The notes under the pieces are model-generated. The model was not told the DNA's origin. It was given only the letters and a program-made list of their open reading frames with translations, and made no database searches. The position numbers and the translations under genes are program-made. Shown here piece by piece: positions 57,171 through 64,000 of a stretch of 64,000 nt of DNA; positions within the stretch are counted from its first letter, which is position 1; each line of letters opens with the position of its first letter. The DNA is from Vicinamibacterales bacterium. Lineage in GTDB: Bacteria; Acidobacteriota; Vicinamibacteria; Vicinamibacterales; JAMQPK01. Location of the stretch: NCBI GenBank assembly GCA_963762055.1, contig CAVXJF010000012.1, forward strand, positions 47,695-111,694, given 5' to 3'.

Positions 57171-57608
57171 ATGAGGTATGAGGTCAAGAGACTTCTCCTC
57201 ATCCCTTTTGTTTTATCCGTCATACCTGTCGTGCTTCTCTTTCCCTCGTGTTCGCAGCCGCCACCCAAACCAGCTCAACAGACGATAATTTGGGAGCGCG
57301 CCGGGTCGTGGTCGGGCCGCGGAGACATGGAAACCAACTCGTTCCCAGCCGCGAGTGGATACCTCCGATTTACCTGGGAGACGAGCAACGAAACGAAGCC
57401 GGGCGAAGGCAGGTTCAAGCTGATGCTGGGAAGCTCGATCAGCGGCCGCGTGATCCAGGTGGTGGTGGACAGCAAAGGCGCGAGACGCGACGTCGCGTAC
57501 GTCAGCGAGGAGGCGCGCACGTTTTACCTGAAGATCGAGTCGGCAAACGAAGACTGGAAGCTCACCGTGGACGAAGGTTTTTCGGCCACAATCGAACCCA
57601 AGAACTAA
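57171..57608 (+). CDS. Small exported protein, possibly a lipoprotein
   Basis: MRYEVKR + hydrophobic stretch + Cys (weak lipobox FPSC); beta-rich body. Confidence 0.65.
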   Translation: MRYEVKRLLLIPFVLSVIPVVLLFPSCSQPPPKPAQQTIIWERAGSWSGRGDMETNSFPAASGYLRFTWETSNETKPGEGRFKLMLGSSISGRVIQVVVDSKGARRDVAYVSEEARTFYLKIESANEDWKLTVDEGFSATIEPKN

Positions 57609-57633
57609 GCATCAAGCACTAAGCGCCAGACTT
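57606..57633. repeat. TAAGCAC-type heptamer array at a stop codon
   Basis: taagcat/caagcac/taagcgc/cagactt. Confidence 0.6.
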
Positions 57634-57650
57634 CATATTTTCCGGACTCC

Positions 57651-58554
57651 TCACGACCCGCTCGCCTCGCTGAGTGCGACCAGGTCCCTTTCGGCGAATG
57701 ATTCTGGGGCGGGCTGAGTCCCCTGGCGCATCGCGTACGCGCGAGTGAACTCGGCCCCGAGCAACAGGATTTGGCAGGAGTAGTAGACCCACAGCAAGAG
57801 AATCATCACCGACCCGGTGGCGCCGTAGCTGGAGGCCACGCTGCTCTGACCGAGATAGAGTCCGATTAACTGTTGACCGATCGTGAAGAGCACGGCGGTC
57901 ACAAATGCGCCCGTCGTCACATCGCGCCAGCGCAGATGCACGTCGGGCAGGACGCGATATAGAAGGGCGAACAGCGCCGTGGTCACGATAAGCGACACCA
58001 GCACAGTGACCCCGCTCCACACCAGCGGGATGCTCGAGGCGCGTGCAGAGAGCCATCCGCTTAGCGCAGCAAGAGCGGCGGTCACCGCGAGTGAGACCAT
58101 CAGCAGAAAACCGATGGCCACCACCAGGCCGAACGAGCGTAGACGATCGCGCACGAATGCCTTGAGATTCATACCCGGGTTCGGCTTCACGCGCCAGATC
58201 GTATTCAGCGCCGCCTGGAGTTCGAGGAATGCGCCGGTGGCAGCGACGACGAAGGCGATGCTGCCAACAACGGTGGCGATGATCCCACCTCGTCGTTGAC
58301 TCGCTCCCTCGAGAAGACTCTGCACCGCCCGCGCGCCTTCGCGTCCCACGAGCTGATCGAGCTGGCCGACAATTTCCCCGCGGACGGCATCGGCGCCGAA
58401 GACCATTCCCGCGACCGCGGTCGCGACGAGCAGGACCTGGCGCGATCGCAAACAGCGTGTAGTAGGCAAGGGACGCGCCCAGGCGCGGCGCATCATCATC
58501 CCACCAGGCCCTGAGTGCGGTCCCGAATATCGGCAGGATCATCGGTGCGCGCAT
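57651..58554 (-). CDS. YihY/virulence factor BrkB family membrane protein (one frameshift near 58438)
   Basis: APRLGASLAYYTLFAIAP, FLELQAALNTIW, LYRVLPD, SSYGATGS...LLWVYYS..ILLLGAEF. Confidence 0.9.
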
Positions 58555-58682
58555 GACATCAAACCTCCGGACCTCTGGCCCCTCGAGTGGCCGCTAGTGT
58601 GCGCCACGTGGCCACGCCCACGCTGTTCAAGTGTGCACAGACCCAGATGGGCTTGCGCCATACAGTACAAGCGTGGGGCTCC

Positions 58683-60491
58683 ATGGATGACACGTCACAC
58701 TCCTTGAAACCGTGGGTGATATTCGCCGGTTGTGTCCTGGTCATCGTCGTCCTCTATTGGGCGCAGGCCGTCCTCGTGCCGATCGCACTCGCCGTGCTGC
58801 TCACGTTCGTCCTCACGCCTCCTGTCAGCTGGCTTGAGCGTTGGATCGGCCGCGTCCCGGCTGTCCTCGCGGCGGTCACGCTCGTGTTCATCGTTCTCGG
58901 CCTCGCCGGTTGGGGTCTCGCGCGACAGATGGATCATCTGGCCGACGACCTTCCCACCTATCGCGTCAATATCCTGGCGAAGATCGCCGATGTCCGCGGC
59001 GCAGGGAAAGGAGGATCGGTCGAGAAGCTTCAAGAGACGATCGAAGGGATCAAGACCGATCTGGGACAATCGAGCGCGCCGACCGGAACATCCTCGCGGC
59101 CCATCGTGGTCACCTCGGAGCTGGTGACGGGCTTCCCGGGCTACTCGTGGCTTGGTCCGATCGTCGGTCCCGTGGGGACCGCCGGACTCGTGCTGGCGAT
59201 GGTGATCTTCATGCTGCTCGAACGCCGGGATCTGCGCGATCGGTTGATTGGGCTGTTCGGCCTCGGCCACTTGACAGTCACGACGAAGGCGTTCGATGAG
59301 GCCGGTACGCGGGTCAGTCGCCAGCTGCTGATGCAGTCCCTGGTCAATCTGGTCTATGGCATCGCGGCCGGAATCGGACTCTACGTTCTCGGCGTCCCGT
59401 ACCCGATGGTCTGGGCGGCGTTCGGTGCGGCACTCCGGTTCATCCCGTACATCGGACCGGTGATTGGCGCCGGTGCGCCGATCCTCGTCAGCCTTGCCGC
59501 CCTCCCGGGCTGGGCCGGTCCGCTCTGGGTGGTGGCCCTGTTCGTCATGCTCGAGCTGTTCACGAATTTCGTGCTCGAAACCGTCCTGTATGCGGGTGCG
59601 GCGGGAGTCTCCCAGGTGGCGCTGATCGTGTCCCTGGCCTTCTGGACGTGGTTGTGGGGACCGCTCGGCCTGCTCATGGCGATACCGCTGACGGTGTGCC
59701 TCGTCGTGCTTGGCAAGCATGTACCCGGTCTCGAATTCGTTGGGATGCTGATGGCCGACACGCCCGCGCTCGCCCCCGAGTTTGGCTACTATCAGCGCTT
59801 GCTGGCCCGAGATCAGAGCGAGGCGGCCGACCTCATTGAGCAGCACATCAAGACCGAGGCGCCGCGCACAGTCTACGACGCCTTGCTGCTGCCGGCGCTC
59901 AACTATGCGGAGCGCGACCGCCTCGAGCAACGGCTATCGCTGGACGAAGAAACGGCGGTCATCGATGCGACGCGAGAACTGCTGTCCGACGCGGCGGAGT
60001 TGATCCGACGCCTCCAGCCGGAGCCACCACCGCCTGATGATCCGGCACTTCACGGACTACGGGAACCGCTGCGCGTGCTGGGCTTGGCGACCAACGGCGT
60101 CGCTGACGAGGTTGCACTGGAGATGCTCGGGCACTTGCTGAACGATCTGCCAATCGTCGTGGAGATCACCAAGGGGCGCATGTTCGCCTCGGAAGTCGTG
60201 GCGCTGGTGCAAGCGCAAGGCGTCTCAGTTGTCTGCCTCGCTGATCTACCGCCCAGCCCTCCGTCCAAGACGCGCTATCTCGTCAAGAGGCTCCACGCGG
60301 CGTTGCCGGAGGTGCGAATCCTGGTCGGACGCTGGAGCCCGCGGGCGCTGGCGGACGACAGCACACAGCTGCTGCGGGATGCAGGCGCGACTCTCGTCGC
60401 CTCAACGCTGACTGAGACCCGGACTTACCTGAGCGGGCTGGTCGAAATTCCGCGTATCCCGCTTCCGGCAGGCGGCGTCCAGGCGGCCTGA
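58683..60491 (+). CDS. AI-2E family transporter with C-terminal cytoplasmic domain
   Basis: PIALAVLLTFVL, LRFIPYIGP, WTWLWGPLGLLMAIPLTVC, YYQRLLARD; start ATG 58683 preferred. Confidence 0.9.
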   Translation: MDDTSHSLKPWVIFAGCVLVIVVLYWAQAVLVPIALAVLLTFVLTPPVSWLERWIGRVPAVLAAVTLVFIVLGLAGWGLARQMDHLADDLPTYRVNILAKIADVRGAGKGGSVEKLQETIEGIKTDLGQSSAPTGTSSRPIVVTSELVTGFPGYSWLGPIVGPVGTAGLVLAMVIFMLLERRDLRDRLIGLFGLGHLTVTTKAFDEAGTRVSRQLLMQSLVNLVYGIAAGIGLYVLGVPYPMVWAAFGAALRFIPYIGPVIGAGAPILVSLAALPGWAGPLWVVALFVMLELFTNFVLETVLYAGAAGVSQVALIVSLAFWTWLWGPLGLLMAIPLTVCLVVLGKHVPGLEFVGMLMADTPALAPEFGYYQRLLARDQSEAADLIEQHIKTEAPRTVYDALLLPALNYAERDRLEQRLSLDEETAVIDATRELLSDAAELIRRLQPEPPPPDDPALHGLREPLRVLGLATNGVADEVALEMLGHLLNDLPIVVEITKGRMFASEVVALVQAQGVSVVCLADLPPSPPSKTRYLVKRLHAALPEVRILVGRWSPRALADDSTQLLRDAGATLVASTLTETRTYLSGLVEIPRIPLPAGGVQAA

Positions 60492-61050
60492 CGACGCGAA
60501 CGGTGCCAAGAGGAAGGTCTTCGGAACGAGCAGTCACGAGCAGTCACGACAGGTTCATGAGCTCACTTTTGGGAGCAATCTGCGGATGAACCCCATGCAC
60601 CGCGATGAATCCGCCGCTAGGAACTTGATTCTTTAATCAGTTAACCTCTAGGCGGACCGTTGATGGTGCCTGATCTAGAATGACGGCCTCGTCAAGTCCC
60701 GCCGGACCAGCCTCGGTGAACTCATACACAATGGGGAGTCGCTCGTCGGCTGCTTCCTTAACGTGGGGCTTTAGACCGACCGCCGATGGCGCATCGGGTG
60801 CGGGTGTTGCCGCTTGCAACCGTTTGCAACGACCGCCGGGAAGGCGCGGGTCAAAGCGGTTTGACACCGCGGTGGTGCATCGAGCAGGCCGACGACCATC
60901 GAACCGACGGATATAGTGCAGGGAGAAGGTGCCGCCGCCCCGGCCCCGACTTTCTCGCGCAGACGATACGCCCGAATGCCGCTGGTAGTCAAATGGGCAG
61001 CGCCCCCGCAATCGCCTTTACAATCTCGCAGGCTACGGAAGGAGGCACCG

Positions 61051-61440
61051 ATGGCAACCATCAAGTGGGCCCACTACTGCGACTACGCTTTTCTGGATAT
61101 AACCAGAAGGCTGTGCATGGTCGGCGTGAACAATGAGTTGAACTTGCCGGAGGCACTGCCCGTCGTTCTGCAAGCAACCACCCTGGTAGCCCTTCTCGAC
61201 GGCCCCCACGCACAACAGATCAAGCTCGATTTCAGGATCGTCAGTCCTGGCGGTGACGTTGTGCAGCCCGGGAAATTCGTGCTCACCCATGAATTTGGCT
61301 ATCTATTTGTCCACGTTCATTCCCTTCAGATTCAAGCTGAAGGTGTGCTCCGGTTTCAGCTGGATTTTGATGGCGTGCAGGTTCTTGACTTGCCCGTCCC
61401 TGTGCTCCTGCGCCCATCAGAAGGTAGTACCCCTCCTTAG
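61051..61440 (+). CDS. Small hypothetical protein (DUF6941-like by recollection)
   Basis: RBS GGAGG; HYCDYA...LCMVG; visibly more AT-rich than neighbours. Confidence 0.6.
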   Translation: MATIKWAHYCDYAFLDITRRLCMVGVNNELNLPEALPVVLQATTLVALLDGPHAQQIKLDFRIVSPGGDVVQPGKFVLTHEFGYLFVHVHSLQIQAEGVLRFQLDFDGVQVLDLPVPVLLRPSEGSTPP

Positions 61441-61587
61441 GGCCTTCTGCTTTCGGACCCAGATTTGAAATCGGGTACATCAGCGTCGAGTTGCCTACGA
61501 TATGCCATCTCGTCTCGTGTTCCCTGCTGAGTGAGGGTCGGACGCTCGCGACATTCCGCGCCCGCGCCGCCTATAGAAGCCCCAGCC

Positions 61588-62712
61588 GATGATGTGATTG
61601 AAGCGCGAAAGCTGGCGCAACGCGCAAACCGTGCCAACGTCAGCGTGTATCCGATTGACCCAGCCGGCTTAGGAATGGGTCCGACACTCACCACATCGGC
61701 GACTGAACAGGAGCGGTCGGCCGCGCGTCAGAGTGGGTTGCGCGAGCTGGCGGCCCAAACCGACGGTACAGCGGTGCTCCTCGCGGACGAAGGCACCGAT
61801 GGCGCCGAACGCCTGCGCGCGGACCTCAGGCCGTATTACGTCCTCAGTTACTACTCGAGCAATCGGAGCCTGGACGGACGCTTCCGCCGCGTGAGTGTCC
61901 GTGTCAAGCGGGAGGGCGTCGAGGTGCGCACGCGGCCTGGGTACCTCTCAATGTCAGAGACGGAGGCTCGCGCACACGGTATCGTGCCCCCCTCGCCGCC
62001 AGGTAACCGTCCGCCACCCGCCGTCGCTCGGCCCACCGACAGGAGCACTCCGACGGGCAGGCCTCTGGCGGCCCAAATACAAGCGACAGGAGATGTCGGG
62101 CGCATTAAGGCCATAGTCGAGGTCGACGGTGCAACGCTCTCGCACGCTGATTGGCTTACCGGCGGCAGCGTGCGGATGTCAATCGAGTCCGAAGGCGGCG
62201 GCCCCATCGACACCATTGAAGCGGTCATGGAACCAGGACAACGCGTGGCGACGTTAGCATCCAAGAGTCCTCTTGTACCCGGACGATATACAGTGCGTGC
62301 CGAGGTGAGATCGAATATGGGCGCGTCAGCCATGCAGACCGGTCCTATTACGACGGTTCCGGTCGCAACGGCCGTGGCCGGGACGGCGGCGCTCGCCTCG
62401 CGTCGCGGACCTGGCACAGCGTCGGCGTATGAGCCGACGGCCGACCCTCGCTTCCGGCGGACAGAGAGGGTGCAGATTGAGGTGCCGGTGCTGTCAGCAG
62501 ACGTGTCAGCCAGCGGCCGGCTGCTGACGCGAAACGGTCGGCCGATGCCGCTCCCCATCACCGTGAGCGAGCGGGTCGACGGGATGGAGCGGTGGGCCGT
62601 CGCTGACGTCGGATTGGCGCCGCTCGCTGCCGGAGAGTACGTGTTCGAGTTGTCGGTTTCTACTCGCGAGAAGGCTGAGGTAGTGGCCTATGCGTTCCGC
62701 GTCATCCCCTGA
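61588..62712 (+). pseudogene. 5'-truncated acidobacterial VWFA-related protein
   Basis: ANRANVSVYPIDPAGL, LRELAAQTDG, YYVLSYYSSNRSLDGRFRRVSVRVKR.GVEVRTRPGY; N-terminal VWA core and signal peptide absent. Confidence 0.7.
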
Positions 62713-62889
62713 GGCCGACGATGGCCCGGCATTCCGGGACGGTCCACCGTCCTTTGAACTGAAGGCGGCGCCAGGCGAGGAAGCCGCACTCCGTCGGTCT
62801 GAAGACCGCATCGTTCGGGCGCAGGAGAGGAGAATCATGCGGACCCCCCTCGCCGTTGTGTTGGCCGTGCACCGCGACGAGGGATGGGC

Positions 62890-63380
62890 TGACTACGACT
62901 GGCGCATAGACCTGCTGCACGGCGAAGCCGATGAGACCGAGCCCCGCGAGCACCACCAGCCAATCACCGAGCGGCCACCGGAATGCCTCGGTGGCGACCT
63001 CACGCTCGGTGGTCCCCGATGCGGCCGACAGTCCCCGATAGAGGCGAAATGCCTGCCAGCCCAGCACCGCGTGCAGGGCCCCGCGAGCCAGGAAGCTCGC
63101 ACGGATCGCAACGCCAATTGTTGCCTAGGCGGTCCGGATCGAAGAGTCCTTGAAGGATACGCCAGGCGGCGTAGCCGAGAAGCCTAACAACGCCCACGAG
63201 CAGCCGCGTACGGCCGAATGGTTGTCCGAGGACGGTCGTGAGCGCGCCGCGCGTCCCCGTGACGCGTCCGCCTGTCTTGGCAGCGACCTGGAAAGCGAGT
63301 GCGCCAATGACCATGTAGAGCACACCCTTCACAAGGAAGCCCAGGCGGGCCAGCCACGTGATCGCGCCGAAGCCGTTCAT
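62890..63380 (-). pseudogene. DUF1206 membrane protein, frameshifted and 3'-truncated
   Basis: LARLGFLVKGVLYMVIG, QPFGR, GYAAWR; second frame WPLGDWLVVLAGLGLIGFAVQQ then degenerates. Confidence 0.7.
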
Positions 63381-63659
63381 AGATCGATGGTACGCGCCGG
63401 ATTTCTCGCGCGACTCTCGTGAGAGATCTCGAGTTGGTGGGCACCGTGCAAAGCTCGCCGAGAGGCGAGTCTCTGCACTCGCGCTGGCGCGCGCTTAATG
63501 CTTGTTCAGAAGAGGACAGACACCAGCCTGCACCGCTGATAGCCTACACATTGAGTTAGCGTGATCCTGACCGCGAGGGCACCGATCGCCGTCGTTGGTC
63601 ACCACCGTTCGGTGGACGCGATCACACAGGGCGCGCTCGCCAAGGACAGGGAGAGAAAA

Positions 63660-63743
63660 ATGGACACGACCACATTGCTCGTCATCGTCGTCGCGGTGCT
63701 GCTGCTCGGCGGCGGTGGATTATTCTACAGACGCAGGGCTTGA
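63660..63743 (+). CDS. 27-aa single-TM small protein
   Basis: MDTTTLLVIVVAVLLLGGGGLFYRRRA; purine-rich RBS GGGAGAG. Confidence 0.7.
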   Translation: MDTTTLLVIVVAVLLLGGGGLFYRRRA

Positions 63744-63769
63744 CTCGGAAGGGCGGAGGGTCGCCGGGA

Positions 63770-64000
63770 TCAGGTCGCCGCGCGATGCGAGTTCTTGAAG
63801 GGGTGGCCGTTCCGCGTCAGGAATGCCTTGATGCGAAGCGTTGCCGCCGAGTGAACGGAGCCGATGAGTAGGACGTCGCCACTCCCTGCGCGACCAGTTC
63901 CTTCCGTCGATAGATCAACGCGGTCATCAGCACTTCGCCGATTTCGGCGTCGGTCTGAATGAGGGCGTGCATTTGGTCGCGGGTCAGCTGAAGAACTCCG
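63770..64000 (-). pseudogene. Truncated cNMP-binding domain / thioredoxin reductase-like fusion
   Basis: QTDAEIGEVLMTALIYRRKELVAQG / DVLLIGS.HSAATLRIKAFLTRNGHP then a stop at 63770; FAD domain missing. Confidence 0.7.

Noticed and set aside
60637-61011. Minus-strand ORF with a protein-like C-terminus (LPIVYEFTEAG)
   Set aside because: No credible start or family; may be a fragment but cannot be supported

Overview
GC-rich bacterial chromosomal window. The gene repertoire (five ~1000-aa Oar-type TonB-dependent receptors, DUF1592/DUF1552, VWFA domain, TPR Ser/Thr kinase, GTCCGGC-TTTA-GCCGGAC REP family) suggests Acidobacteriota, probably Vicinamibacteria (inference). About 45 genes: ABC exporter, divergent TBDR pair, folE-GT2-GT-C-YcaQ-oxidoreductase run, phytase-like phosphatase, DUF3500, TBDR and kinase, a radical SAM enzyme of the MJ0619/Tes (tetraether synthase) family, YpdA, an FpvK/C/D/E-like metal ABC module, AAA+/VWA/Lon-N cluster, GDPD, a ~15 kb DUF1592-DUF1552-ankyrin-TBDR-His-rich-DUF1080/FG-GAP-TBDR module, PQQ dehydrogenase, a lone molybdoenzyme subunit, YihY, AI-2E transporter and a terminal mosaic of gene fragments. 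More than 20 single-base frameshifts across unrelated genes are most simply explained as long-read assembly errors. I saw no tRNA, rRNA, CRISPR, integrase or transposase. Best leads: (1) the Tes-family enzyme with a palindrome over its SD; (2) about a dozen unrelated 7-8 bp tandem arrays at gene junctions, three of which are translated as signal peptides; (3) the cytochrome c/Tat/TBDR module; (4) a five-copy REP family, one copy inside a CDS. All family assignments are from motif recognition, not from database searches.
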